In this document: positions 49,447 through 59,469 of the stretch, piece after piece
How the letters are laid out: each line of letters opens with the position of its first letter
Position numbering within the stretch: position 1 is the first letter of the stretch
Source: an uncultured bacterium
GTDB taxonomy: Bacteria > Vulcanimicrobiota > Xenobia > Xenobiales > Xenobiaceae
NCBI GenBank assembly: GCA_958366945.1
Contig: CATXCY010000004.1
Location: forward strand, 30,803 to 94,802
Length of the DNA: 64,000 bases
Reading direction: 5' to 3'
Position numbers and translations under genes: made by a program
The notes under the pieces: generated by a model
Database searches by the model: none
What the model was told of the DNA's origin: nothing
Seen by the model: only the letters and a program-made list of their open reading frames with translations

Positions 49447-50883
49447 ATGAGCGATTTAATATATTTATTGAAATTCTTTTTTGGCAAAGATAACTTTCGT
49501 CCCGGTCAGCGCGAAGTTGTAGAGGCCTTGCTTTCCGGACGGGATGTGCTGGCCCTTTGGCCTACTGGAGCAGGTAAGTCTTTAACTTATCAATTGCCAG
49601 CACTTATTATGCCTGGATTAACTGTCGTAGTTTCTCCTTTGATAGCCTTAATGGAAGACCAGGTTAGACAATTGCAAAAACGCAATTTGCCGGCAGCTTA
49701 TCTAAGCAGTTCTCAGTCTATCTCAGAAAAAGTACACATTTTAAGTTTGCTTGAACAAAAAAAGCTCAAAATGTTGTTTGCCGCTCCAGAACGTTTGCTA
49801 GAAGATGATTTTCTAATCAGGTTGCAAAAACAAACGACTTCACTTCTAGCTGTAGATGAAGCCCATTGTATAAACCAGTGGGGCCATGATTTTCGCCATA
49901 GCTATTTACGCTTAGGTGAAGTTGTCAAAGCCTTGCGACCGCGCTCAATTTTAGCTGTAACAGCCACAGCCGATCTAGAAAGTGCTCAACAAATAAGCTT
50001 AAGCTTAGGCTTAGATCGCCCCTTACTTTCGCGCTTATCGTTGGATAGGCCCAATCTTAATTACAAAGTGATCAAAAGCTCCCCTAAGCAGCGCCCTTGG
50101 CTGGCCTTGGCTCACTTGCACCATGGCTCAGGGTTGCCCGCCGTAATTTATGTAGCCCGCCGCAATCAAGCAGAACAAATAGCCGCTTTTTTCAGCTGCC
50201 AACAATTTAGGGCTGCTCCTTACCATGCCGGTTTGTCTACCGAAAATAGACAAAAAATTTTACAAGGTTTTTTAGAAGAAAAATTTGATTTAATAGCCGC
50301 TACAATAGCTTTCGGCATGGGTGTAGACAAACCGAATATACGTCAAGTAATTCATATGGCTCCTCCGGTAGCTCCAGAAAGCTACTTCCAAGAGTCGGGG
50401 CGGGCCGGACGCGACAGATTACCGGGGCGCTGCTTGCTTATGTGGGCGCCGGAAGACTTTAAGTATTGGCAAAATTGCCTGGAAGATAAATTTCCGCAAA
50501 TGCAAGAGATCGATCAATTTGTGCGTCTAGCTTCGTCAAAAAATCTAACGATTTCCGAAATGAGACGCACAAATTTTAGGGCTATGAGTTCCGGCGCCTG
50601 GACCATGCTAGTTAGGGCCGCTCTAGGATATGAAGCCGATCCTAAAGCTATAAGCGAACTTAGGCTTAAACCTGAGCATTTATTTAATTACTTTGCAGCC
50701 TTAAAAGAAGCGGCTCAACGGCGGTTAGATATTATGGAAAATTATTGCCGCACTAAGTTATGCCGCCGCCAAGTCTTGCTGCAAAGTTTGGATCAAGCCA
50801 GTAAAGATCATTGTGGCAATTGCGACAATTGTCTACATAGACAACGTTTAACCCACAAGTTCAAGCATGACGGAGCGGCTTAA
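49447..50883 (+). CDS. recQ: RecQ-family ATP-dependent DNA helicase (short form, no HRDC)
   Basis: FRPGQREVVEALLSGRDVLALWPTGAGKSLTYQLPAL, DEAHCINQWGHDFR, and a Zn-binding Cys cluster near the C-terminus. Confidence 0.85.
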   Translation: MSDLIYLLKFFFGKDNFRPGQREVVEALLSGRDVLALWPTGAGKSLTYQLPALIMPGLTVVVSPLIALMEDQVRQLQKRNLPAAYLSSSQSISEKVHILSLLEQKKLKMLFAAPERLLEDDFLIRLQKQTTSLLAVDEAHCINQWGHDFRHSYLRLGEVVKALRPRSILAVTATADLESAQQISLSLGLDRPLLSRLSLDRPNLNYKVIKSSPKQRPWLALAHLHHGSGLPAVIYVARRNQAEQIAAFFSCQQFRAAPYHAGLSTENRQKILQGFLEEKFDLIAATIAFGMGVDKPNIRQVIHMAPPVAPESYFQESGRAGRDRLPGRCLLMWAPEDFKYWQNCLEDKFPQMQEIDQFVRLASSKNLTISEMRRTNFRAMSSGAWTMLVRAALGYEADPKAISELRLKPEHLFNYFAALKEAAQRRLDIMENYCRTKLCRRQVLLQSLDQASKDHCGNCDNCLHRQRLTHKFKHDGAA

Positions 50884-50908
50884 GCGAAAGAGCGGCCCTA
50901 AACAAAAA

Positions 50909-51706
50909 CTAAAATTCGCGGTAAACTATTTGGCCTTGCTTATTGGCTGCCTGGCTTAAAATAGTCACTACATTCCAATGCTTACGCACTTGGGCAGCCA
51001 ACTCGGCCAAAAAATTTGGCTGCTCGTTTTCGGCCTGGCTGAAAACGAGCACTTTAGCTTGTGTAGGCAAAAGTGCCAAATAGGCGCAGGCCAAACGCAC
51101 GAACTGGCCTGCGCCTATCACGGCGCCCGTCTCACAATGCAGAAGCTGGCACATAAGTTCCGGTCTGTGCACTTGCCCCTCTTCTACGCGCTTGCCCAAA
51201 CCTTGCATACCTATAACAGCTACACCTAAATCAGCCTGAGTATAAAAAACAGGTTCATGAGCAGCGTGGGCCTTTACGGGCAAGCGCTTAGAGCCATCAG
51301 CTTCTGCCAACAAATAGTCTAATCCCGGCCAGCAACTTATTTTGTCTAGCTCGTCTGGAGTAAAACCTATCCATTTAGTGTGTTCTGCATTGAGGCGAGC
51401 TAGACCACACAGGCGGCCCGTCTCCGCTTGGGCAGCAACTCCGGCAGCCGAAGCAGGCCAACATAGCTCACGCCAATGCATTTCGGCTGCTTCTAAACCG
51501 CCTATTTCCGGGCCGCCACACTCTAGAAGCTGGCCGGGATAAAAATGCTGCCGGGCGCCGGGCCAAGCCAAATGGGTACTAGTAGTAAAAATAACTTTGG
51601 CTTGGCCGCACTTTTGCTGGGCCAAAAGTTTGGCGTGCTCTAGCATAAAGGTAGTTTTGCCGCCGCTGCCAATAATTTCCCAGCGCTTAAAATTGGCTAA
51701 ATTCAT
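50909..51706 (-). CDS. YqeC-like selenium-dependent hydroxylase accessory protein (tentative)
   Basis: IIGSGGKTTFM P-loop-like N-terminus and the expected size; sits next to the YqeB-like and MocA-like genes. Confidence 0.4.
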   Translation of the reverse strand: MNLANFKRWEIIGSGGKTTFMLEHAKLLAQQKCGQAKVIFTTSTHLAWPGARQHFYPGQLLECGGPEIGGLEAAEMHWRELCWPASAAGVAAQAETGRLCGLARLNAEHTKWIGFTPDELDKISCWPGLDYLLAEADGSKRLPVKAHAAHEPVFYTQADLGVAVIGMQGLGKRVEEGQVHRPELMCQLLHCETGAVIGAGQFVRLACAYLALLPTQAKVLVFSQAENEQPNFLAELAAQVRKHWNVVTILSQAANKQGQIVYREF

Positions 51707-51716
51707 CGCGAAAATG

Positions 51717-52613
51717 CCTCCAGAAATTTCTTTTCAAGGGCAGCGGCCAACTGGCGTTGAAGCAAAAGGCCCTTATATTGGCCTTATAAGAACCGGAAAG
51801 GTAAAGAAAAAAGTTTTGGCTGCTGACAAATACGCTTACCCAAATATTATACCCGGAGCGGTTTCTTTTATTCCCGTAATTACGGATAAAGAACTTGAAC
51901 CGGGACAGGATTTGATTTCTATCCTATTAGAAGCAGCTCCTATTCCTTTAGCCCAAGGAGATATTGTAGTTGTTACTCACAAAGCAGTAGCCAAAACCGA
52001 AGGCCGATTAGTCAAACTAAGCCAAGTGCAACCTTCACCTTTAGCTCTGGATTACGGAAAACGCTATAATAAAGACGCTAGACTAGTAGAATTGGTGTTG
52101 CAAGAAAGTGCCGCCATAGTGCGCATGAGCCGCGGATGCCTAATTGTAAAAACCAAGCAAGGATTCACTTGCGCCAATGCCGGCATCGATTTATCGAATA
52201 TAGGCCAAGGTTCGGCGACTAATCAAGAGCCGACAGCTTGTCTATTGCCCAAAGATCCGGATCTCTCGGCTCAAGGTTTGTATACAAACTTGCAAGCACA
52301 GCTCGGATTTGCTGTGCCAATTGTAATTAGCGATTCCTTCGGCCGACCTTGGCGCGAGGGTATAGTAAATGTAGCGATAGGATGTTGCGGTTTTGATCCT
52401 TTTACAGACTATCGCGGCCAAGCTGACAGTGCCGGCCGCACTTTGAAAGTTACGCGTATGGCTAGCGCAGATGCTCTAGCTTCTGGAGCCGAATTGGCTT
52501 GCGGCAAACTAAAAAGAGCTCCCTTTGTAATTGTCCGCGGCTTTAACTGGCAACCCAGCACTTTAACAGCTCAAGCCTTGTTGCGGCCGGAAGAGAAGAA
52601 CTTTTTCCCTTAA
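51717..52613 (+). CDS. cofE: Coenzyme F420-0:L-glutamate ligase (CofE family)
   Basis: GDIVVVTHKAVAKTEGR, ISDSFGRPWREG, DYRGQADSAGRTL and PFVIVRG match CofE/FbiB-N signatures. The start is moved to the first ATG after the convergent gene (ORF-track start 51597). Confidence 0.7.
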   Translation, partial: PPEISFQGQRPTGVEAKGPYIGLIRTGKVKKKVLAADKYAYPNIIPGAVSFIPVITDKELEPGQDLISILLEAAPIPLAQGDIVVVTHKAVAKTEGRLVKLSQVQPSPLALDYGKRYNKDARLVELVLQESAAIVRMSRGCLIVKTKQGFTCANAGIDLSNIGQGSATNQEPTACLLPKDPDLSAQGLYTNLQAQLGFAVPIVISDSFGRPWREGIVNVAIGCCGFDPFTDYRGQADSAGRTLKVTRMASADALASGAELACGKLKRAPFVIVRGFNWQPSTLTAQALLRPEEKNFFP

Positions 52614-52615
52614 GC

Positions 52616-53593
52616 TTAGATAGATTCAGTCCTTTTCCAAGCTGGAATCAATTCCTCAGAACACATACGCAAAAATTCATTTTGGTTGCGGCCGCAATTG
52701 TGAATATACACTTCGTCAAAGCCTAAAGCTGCACTTTCTTGCAACATAACCAAAATGTCGGCAGGACTAGATGTGATAATTACTCGATTATCGAAGTTTT
52801 CCGGGCGTACCGTCTTAGCCATTTCGGCTAGTACTTCGGGAAAACGAATATCGCCTTTGGGGAAATTTAAGCCACCATTAGGCCATTCTTGCATAGCTGC
52901 ATTCAGAGCTTTTTCTATCGTAACATCCCAACTTACGTGCACTTGCAAGCGGGCTATTTTTCTAACTGAGCCGCTGCTTTCTCTAAATTTGCCCATCAAT
53001 TTTTGCAACTTCTCTCTACTGGCCCATACAGTTAGCCAGGTATTAGCCAGAGAAGCCGCTTTGGCGCACAAATAAGGGCCTGAAGTAGCAATCATAAGCC
53101 CTGGAGGCACTTCAGGAAGAGTATACAAACGCAAGCTTTCAGTTTTGAAATATTCGCCTTTAAAACGAACTTCTTGGCCGCTCCATAGCTTCGCGATCAA
53201 ACTGACAGCCTCTAAGAGTTGTTGCACTCTCTCTTTGGGCTCAGGCCAATAAGAAGCAAAAACATGTTCGTTAAGCGCTTCACCTACCCCCAGCCCCAAA
53301 GTGATACGACCAGGACAAAGGCATTCCAACGTGGCTGCTGCCTGAGCCAAAATGACAGGATGACAGCGCCCTCCCGCACAGCTGACTCCAGTAGAAAGGG
53401 GCAATTCCGTACATTGGCTCAAAGCTCCCAGCATTGTCCAGGCATGGCTGGCCTGGCCTTGCCACGGCACCCAGGGTTGCAAATGATCTGAGATCATTAA
53501 GCCAGCAAATCCAGCCTTTTCAGCCCCTTTAGCTTGCTCAATCAACTGCGCGGGCGCAAATTGTTCAGCACTTAAGCAAAAACCCAACTTCAT
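52616..53593 (-). CDS. F420-dependent luciferase-like (LLM) oxidoreductase, glucose-6-phosphate dehydrogenase (Fgd) family
   Basis: MKLGFCLSAEQFAPAQLIEQAKGAEKAGFAGLMISDHLQPW closely parallels the Fgd1 N-terminus (LKLGYKASAEQF...SDHFQPW). Confidence 0.7.
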   Translation of the reverse strand: MKLGFCLSAEQFAPAQLIEQAKGAEKAGFAGLMISDHLQPWVPWQGQASHAWTMLGALSQCTELPLSTGVSCAGGRCHPVILAQAAATLECLCPGRITLGLGVGEALNEHVFASYWPEPKERVQQLLEAVSLIAKLWSGQEVRFKGEYFKTESLRLYTLPEVPPGLMIATSGPYLCAKAASLANTWLTVWASREKLQKLMGKFRESSGSVRKIARLQVHVSWDVTIEKALNAAMQEWPNGGLNFPKGDIRFPEVLAEMAKTVRPENFDNRVIITSSPADILVMLQESAALGFDEVYIHNCGRNQNEFLRMCSEELIPAWKRTESI

Positions 53594-53598
53594 GGCTA

Positions 53599-54639
53599 CT
53601 ATACCAAATCTAAATTGGGTTTAGCATCCAGAGTTAAAGGAGAGCGCCAACCTTGAGCGGCCAATTCCCAACCGGCTTTGGCAATCATAACGGCATTGTC
53701 AGTACACAAATCAAACTTAGGACAAACAAAAGTTATACCTAAACGCTTAGCTCCTTCAGCCAGCCTTTCACGCAAAGCTTTATTGGCGGCAACACCACCA
53801 GCTAAAGCCAAAGACTTAGCTCCACAACGACGCACAGCTCTAAAAGCTTTAGTACTGAGCACATCGACAACAGCTTCTTGGAAAGAGGCACAAATATCAG
53901 CGTCACTGCCGCGCTCTTCGGACTGTAAATGGAGCAATACAGCAGTTTTTAAGCCAGAAAACGAAAACTCATATCCTTGGTTAATCATGGGACGGGCAAA
54001 AGGAATAGCATTTTTATTCCCTTTGAGAGCCATTTCTTGAATTTTGGGGCCACCAGGATAAGCCATACCTAAAGCTTTGGAGACTTTGTCGAAAGCTTCA
54101 CCAGCAGCATCGTCCCGCGTAGAGCCGAGCACTTCATAAGAACCGGGCCCGTCAACTTTAACCAACATAGTATGGCCGCCGGAAACCAAAAGACAAATCA
54201 TGGGTAATTCCAAATTGGAATTTTCCAGAAGAGCAGAAAAGATATGACCTTCCATATGGTTGACACCTATTAAGGGAATATCCAAGCATCCAGCTAAAGT
54301 TTTAGCAGCAGCTACTCCCAACAGTACAGCTCCCACCAAACCAGGCCCATAGGTTACAGCCACAGCCTCCAAATCGCTAAACTTGAGATTGACTTTTTCC
54401 AGTGCCTCTTCGATCATAGGATTGATAACTTCCATATGAGCGCGACAAGCTACCTCGGGCACTACTCCACCGTATTTAGCATGTAAAGGAATTTGCGTAG
54501 AAACTAAATTGGCTAGAATCTCACGTCCATCTTTCAAGATAGCGGCAGAAGTTTCGTCGCAAGAAGACTCTAAACCTAAAATATACTTAGGATAGAACGG
54601 ATCGCACTTAATATAATTGGCATTGCTGCGATTACTCAT
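53599..54639 (-). CDS. tsaD: tRNA N6-adenosine threonylcarbamoyltransferase
   Basis: ILGLESSCDETSAAI, HMEGH and GGVAANKALR motifs. Confidence 0.9.
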   Translation of the reverse strand: MSNRSNANYIKCDPFYPKYILGLESSCDETSAAILKDGREILANLVSTQIPLHAKYGGVVPEVACRAHMEVINPMIEEALEKVNLKFSDLEAVAVTYGPGLVGAVLLGVAAAKTLAGCLDIPLIGVNHMEGHIFSALLENSNLELPMICLLVSGGHTMLVKVDGPGSYEVLGSTRDDAAGEAFDKVSKALGMAYPGGPKIQEMALKGNKNAIPFARPMINQGYEFSFSGLKTAVLLHLQSEERGSDADICASFQEAVVDVLSTKAFRAVRRCGAKSLALAGGVAANKALRERLAEGAKRLGITFVCPKFDLCTDNAVMIAKAGWELAAQGWRSPLTLDAKPNLDLV

Positions 54640-54648
54640 TATTTCTAC

Positions 54649-55170
54649 TTAGTCCAATCCTTTCAAATGACAATTCTCGGCCAAGCTTTTTACTTGCTGT
54701 AAATAAGCTGGCTCTTGCATGTTGTCAACCCGCATGATAATAGCATCATAACGGTTTTCATAATATTTTTTACGGATTCCCACAGCCTTGAAGCCGAAAC
54801 GTTTATAGACAGATAAAGCCGGCTCGTTGTTAAAACGAACTTCCAGAGTAGCAGCTTCCACTCCGTCTCCAAGCCCTTTGGCAATTAGATTGGCAAAAAG
54901 ATAGACGCCCAAGCCGTGCCCTTGCCATTGAGGATCAATAGTTACGGTACTGACTTCCAACTCGCCTAACAAATTCCAAGAGCCAGCATAACCAATTAAT
55001 TTGCCATCGGCCAAAAGCACCAAATAGCGAGCATAGCCACGCTCGATGTCAAAAGCAAAAGACTCTTTAGGCCAAGCTTCTTTTTCACCATAGACTAAAA
55101 GTTCTAATTCAGAAGCTTGATCGAGAAAATCTTTAGTAAATTGGCAAATTTCTATTTTGGGAAGAGCCAT
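54649..55170 (-). CDS. rimI: Ribosomal-protein-alanine N-acetyltransferase (GNAT)
   Basis: GNAT motifs; canonical tsaB-rimI-tsaD context. Confidence 0.7.
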   Translation of the reverse strand: MALPKIEICQFTKDFLDQASELELLVYGEKEAWPKESFAFDIERGYARYLVLLADGKLIGYAGSWNLLGELEVSTVTIDPQWQGHGLGVYLFANLIAKGLGDGVEAATLEVRFNNEPALSVYKRFGFKAVGIRKKYYENRYDAIIMRVDNMQEPAYLQQVKSLAENCHLKGLD

Positions 55171-55174
55171 TTTT

Positions 55175-55891
55175 TTAGCCTAACTGAACGTCAGCCGAAC
55201 GTAAATAAACAGGAGCCAGTTCCAAAATGCCCTGAGTGTGACCAGCTTTAAAAGCGCTCTCACCTAAGGAAGCAACCCAAGAACCACGCACTTGAGCATC
55301 GACAGCTGGAGAGACTAAGACAGAGCCTTTTTCCTTCAGCACTTCCTGATAGCGCACAGGGCCGCTACCTACAGCTAATTTGCACCCTAAACGAGTCGCT
55401 TCCTCGGCCAATTCTTGAGGTGAATAGGCTTTATCGGCACACAAACGGCGTAAAGTACCATCAGATGTATCAAAAAACGAAGCAAATATCTCGCCTCTTC
55501 TGGCATCTAAACCGGCCAGAAGGCAAGGACATCCGGGATGAGCTGCAGCCAAAGCTTCTAGAGTGTTAATACCAACTAAAGCACAACCTACAGTTTGAGC
55601 AATCGTCCTAGCTGTAACTATACCCAGGCGCAAACCGGTAAAGGATCCGGGGCCTACGGTTACAGCCACGGCACCTACATCTCCAAAGGAAGCGCCAATT
55701 TCTTCAAGAGCCCCTTTAATGGAAGGAAAAAGGCGACACAAATGGGATCGAGGGCTAAAACCGCCACGTTCAGCCAAGCAGCGACCATCTTGAACCAAAG
55801 CTATGCTGAAACTTTCACCTGAGCAATCAATGCCGATAATTAAAGACTTATTATAATTTATTTTCTTGGGAATCATTTTGCAAAGCCTCAA
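55175..55891 (-). CDS. tsaB: tRNA threonylcarbamoyladenosine biosynthesis protein TsaB
   Basis: Inactive Kae1/YeaZ fold (LIIGIDCSGESFSIAL) next to rimI and tsaD. Confidence 0.8.
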   Translation of the reverse strand: MRLCKMIPKKINYNKSLIIGIDCSGESFSIALVQDGRCLAERGGFSPRSHLCRLFPSIKGALEEIGASFGDVGAVAVTVGPGSFTGLRLGIVTARTIAQTVGCALVGINTLEALAAAHPGCPCLLAGLDARRGEIFASFFDTSDGTLRRLCADKAYSPQELAEEATRLGCKLAVGSGPVRYQEVLKEKGSVLVSPAVDAQVRGSWVASLGESAFKAGHTQGILELAPVYLRSADVQLG

Positions 55892-56441
55892 CTATTTTTT
55901 GACCACGACCGCCATCAGACTCAAAGACCAATTCTCGTCCGGTAGGGCCTAAATCTGTGCGATAATAAATTTTTAAGCGTAAGCAATCTTTAGGCAACAG
56001 CTCTTCTGTACGCTCCGACCACTCTATACAAGCTATACCATCAGTACCGATATATTCTTCAGCACCGATATTAAGCAATTCTTCACTGTTTTCTAAACGG
56101 TAAGCATCAAAATGGTAAATGGGAATGCGCCCTTCATAAATATGCATAAGCACAAATGTAGGGCTGGAGACACGCTCAGAAGCTCCCATAGCTCTAGCTA
56201 ATCCGCGCACAAAAGTAGTTTTGCCAGCTCCCAAATCTCCATAAAAAGCGATCACATCAGCCGGACGCAAAATTTCAGCTAAGCGCTCTCCTACACTTTC
56301 AGTTTCAGCGTCATTGTGGGTAATAATTCTAAAATTCGTTTTGCTCATATCTTCTAACTGTCTTTTTTGTTTATTAACTTGACAAGAAAAGAGCTTCTCT
56401 CTGCGACTAAACGAAGTGAGAAGCTTTGTATCTATGATCAA
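55851..56441 (-). CDS. tsaE: tRNA t6A ATPase TsaE (true start probably near 56345)
   Basis: IAFYGDLGAGKTTFVRGL Walker A; the ORF track has N-terminal overread. Confidence 0.8.
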   Translation of the reverse strand: MIIDTKLLTSFSRREKLFSCQVNKQKRQLEDMSKTNFRIITHNDAETESVGERLAEILRPADVIAFYGDLGAGKTTFVRGLARAMGASERVSSPTFVLMHIYEGRIPIYHFDAYRLENSEELLNIGAEEYIGTDGIACIEWSERTEELLPKDCLRLKIYYRTDLGPTGRELVFESDGGRGQKIVEALQNDSQENKL

Positions 56442-56489
56442 GCGAATATATTTCTTCCTTTTGCTGCCAATGGCAAAAGAATATCAGAT

Positions 56490-57377
56490 CTAAGAATGGC
56501 TATCACCATATTTTTGACGATAGAGCTGTTCTAAAATATTGGAGCTCTTCTCGGTAGCTCTCTCTTCACGTCCTTGCAACTCTTTGCGCACAGACACTAG
56601 TTCATCGCGAACCTGAGCTACAGAGCTATAACGGCGCTCTGGAGCGTACTCCATGCACTTGGCCAAAACGGCTTCCAACCAGTGGTTGGCATTAGGCTTA
56701 AGCTTGCGCAACGGAGGCACATTAAAATTAAACTTGGCCATATTGGCTTGGGTTAAGCACCAATACAGAGTGGCACCTAAAGAGTAGATATCGCCGCGCA
56801 AGTCACAATCGAAACGATTATATTTTTCCGGAGGTGCAAAACCTGGACTTACCATAGTAAAGGTGCGCGGACTCTTACTGGGAGCAAAATAACGAGCTAC
56901 ACCAAAATCGATAACTTTTAAGTCACCATTGTAAGTGAGCATAACATTGGAAGGCTTTAAGTCACCCAATAAAATAGGATAAGGCTTGCGAGAGTGCAAG
57001 TAGCTCAAAACATCGGATAACTTTATGCCCCACTCCAGTACCGTGTCTTGGGTAATACCATCAGACTCAAGTACTTCTTGGTGCATAGTCTTACCAGCGA
57101 TCCACTCCATAACGATGTAGAAGTACACGCCCTGGTTAAAATAGGCCATAACTTTAGGCAAGCCTGGATGGGACAAAGACATCAAAATTTTTGCTTCGAG
57201 CTCAAATTGCACATTGAGGTCTTTAAATTCAACTTGCGAGAATCCCTCAGTGCATATAGCCTTGACAGCCACCAGTGCACCATTAGCCTTATTATCCTTG
57301 GCTAAGTAAACCGTGGCAAAATTACCATGGCCTAAATTACTTATAAGTCTGTACCGCCCCTGTAGCTCAGATGCCAT
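56490..57377 (-). CDS. Stand-alone Ser/Thr protein kinase (catalytic domain only)
   Basis: GHGNFATVYLAKD, VAVK, GDLKPSN, DFGVA and APE motifs. Confidence 0.8.
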   Translation of the reverse strand: MASELQGRYRLISNLGHGNFATVYLAKDNKANGALVAVKAICTEGFSQVEFKDLNVQFELEAKILMSLSHPGLPKVMAYFNQGVYFYIVMEWIAGKTMHQEVLESDGITQDTVLEWGIKLSDVLSYLHSRKPYPILLGDLKPSNVMLTYNGDLKVIDFGVARYFAPSKSPRTFTMVSPGFAPPEKYNRFDCDLRGDIYSLGATLYWCLTQANMAKFNFNVPPLRKLKPNANHWLEAVLAKCMEYAPERRYSSVAQVRDELVSVRKELQGREERATEKSSNILEQLYRQKYGDSHS

Positions 57378-57693
57378 AAAACCTCAAAAATGCACTCAAA
57401 TAGAAATGTCGTATGTCGAATATGCTGTATGTTAAAAAAACAGCCAGCCGACAGAATCCGTGCTTCCTATACAGACAAGTCGCACCGCAAAACGAAGCCT
57501 AAATACCTTCTATAAGAATACCTTCTATAAGGAGCGCTCCGCCTGGTGGTATACTGCAAAATAATACCCCTTACCTGCTAGAAAATAAAATCATTTTGGA
57601 CAATGCTCAATAAAAATAAACTGCAAGAGAGGTAGAAAAAGACAAAATGGCAAAAAATCACCCCCATAAACAGAACTTACAGGACTTATATCT

Positions 57694-58275
57694 ATGAAAA
57701 TTGCCATTTTATCGGATAGTCACGACAATTTAGACAAATTGCGCCAAGCTGTATGCGTTTGCAAAAAAGCCGGAGTGGAAGCTATTATCCACGCAGGCGA
57801 TTTTATTTCCCCTTTTAGTTTGACCCCCTTAGAAGAAAGTAAAATACCTGTCCATGCTGTTTTAGGTAACAATGACGGCGAAAGAGACGGCTTGCGGCGC
57901 CGCTTTGCCATGATGGGAGCTCACTTTTGGGAAGGACCGGTAACTTTTTTTATCGGCAACACTTGCGTAAACTTGCAACATTTCTCCTATACTGCCAACG
58001 AGCTTTCAACTTATATGGCTACTTCCAGTTCTGCGGCCAAACACATACGTCATCAGAACTCTCACAGTGGTCAGACTTTGTCAGCTAAAGATATTTTGCA
58101 AACTCAGCCACATGGATTACTCATTTATGGTCATACCCACAAACTTAAAATTGAAAAGCTTAGTAACTGTACTATCGTTAATCCAGGAGAGTGCTGTGGC
58201 TGGCTAACTGGTAGAGCAACCATGGTAATTTACGATACTGAATCCCAAAATTGTGAAGTTATAGACTTAAACTGA
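57694..58275 (+). CDS. YfcE/MJ0936-type metallophosphoesterase
   Basis: MKIAILSDSHDN...IHAGDF...GHTH motif pattern. Confidence 0.75.
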   Translation: MKIAILSDSHDNLDKLRQAVCVCKKAGVEAIIHAGDFISPFSLTPLEESKIPVHAVLGNNDGERDGLRRRFAMMGAHFWEGPVTFFIGNTCVNLQHFSYTANELSTYMATSSSAAKHIRHQNSHSGQTLSAKDILQTQPHGLLIYGHTHKLKIEKLSNCTIVNPGECCGWLTGRATMVIYDTESQNCEVIDLN

Positions 58276-58293
58276 TAATGAGAATTTGAAAAT

Positions 58294-58821
58294 ATGCACC
58301 GTTACACACCAGATCTTTACTGTCACAATATAGCCGATGTACCTTTTGCCAGTTTAGCGAAAAAAAATATAGTCAATATTTGTTTGGATGTTGATAACAC
58401 TTTAGCTAAACGCGATTCTTTACTAATCGATTATCAAATCGTTAAAGCCTTAAATAAAGCTCGCCAAAATGGTCACATAAAGAATCTTTGTATTGTCTCC
58501 AATATTATTTGGGGACGCTCCAGAGAAGAACGAGTGCGCAAAATTGCCGAGCAATTAGAAATTGAGCATTACTTTGCCGCCAGATTTTGGGAGAGAAAGC
58601 CTGGAGCCAAGCCTTTTCTGGAAGCGATGCGCATGATGAATTCTCAGCCTGAGAATACAGCTATTATTGGTGATCAAATTTTTACCGACGTTTTAGGTGG
58701 GAAAAGACTTGGACTTTACACGATTCTTGTCCGCCCTTTGGGAGAAGATCACTGGACAACTCGTCTAACCGGGCGACGTCGTCGGGAAATGCACATTCTT
58801 AAGCATCTTGGTTTTGAATAA
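58294..58821 (+). CDS. HAD-IIIA YqeG-family phosphatase
   Basis: NICLDVDNTLA motif I, IVSN and IGDQIFTDV motifs. Confidence 0.7.
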   Translation: MHRYTPDLYCHNIADVPFASLAKKNIVNICLDVDNTLAKRDSLLIDYQIVKALNKARQNGHIKNLCIVSNIIWGRSREERVRKIAEQLEIEHYFAARFWERKPGAKPFLEAMRMMNSQPENTAIIGDQIFTDVLGGKRLGLYTILVRPLGEDHWTTRLTGRRRREMHILKHLGFE

Positions 58822-58917
58822 CACCAATATCAAGCGCTCAGTTTTTTTTAGCAAGAGGAAGAAAGTTTTGACTTAACGAAACAACCTCCTATCTGGCGTC
58901 AGTTATTCGAGGGTTTC

Positions 58918-59466
58918 TTGAAATCCTGCCAGCAAGGAGGCTTTTCAGTGGATAAACTCAATCTCGGAAATATCTCCGAAAAACTCAACAACCTCATGAA
59001 CAAAATTCCCGGTTACGCCGGTATGCAAGAGAGAGCAGCCAGACGCGAGAGCGACGCTGTTCATCGCGAATACATGGCTTCCAGGTTGACCAACCTCAAG
59101 AGCAGTATGCAATCTGCTCAGGAAGAATTTTTGGGAACCGGCAACTTGTCAGTCATGGAACCCTTCGACAAAGTAGCCAATAAGCTTGATCGTGTAATAG
59201 AACGCGTGCGCCACGCCAGTCGAGGCTATACCGGTTTCTTCGATGCCGTCAAGATCAACGAAGCGGAATTGGCTCGCATTTATGACTACGACTTATCTCT
59301 TGTCAATATTATCAGCAATGCCGAAGAAGCTTTAATGGCTGTACAGAGCGCTGCCGATGAAGGTGGCGATCCTAAGTTAGCCTTAAGATCACTTACCAAT
59401 TGCATAACCAACTTCGACAATGCTCTCAATGAGCGCGAACTTATCTTGAAAGGGATTAAAGCTTAA
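58918..59466 (+). CDS. Hypothetical helical/coiled-coil protein upstream of the SPFH gene
   Basis: 182 aa; no enzymatic motif; heptad-like charged helices; 4 nt before the next gene. Confidence 0.4.
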   Translation: MKSCQQGGFSVDKLNLGNISEKLNNLMNKIPGYAGMQERAARRESDAVHREYMASRLTNLKSSMQSAQEEFLGTGNLSVMEPFDKVANKLDRVIERVRHASRGYTGFFDAVKINEAELARIYDYDLSLVNIISNAEEALMAVQSAADEGGDPKLALRSLTNCITNFDNALNERELILKGIKA

Positions 59467-59469
59467 ACT

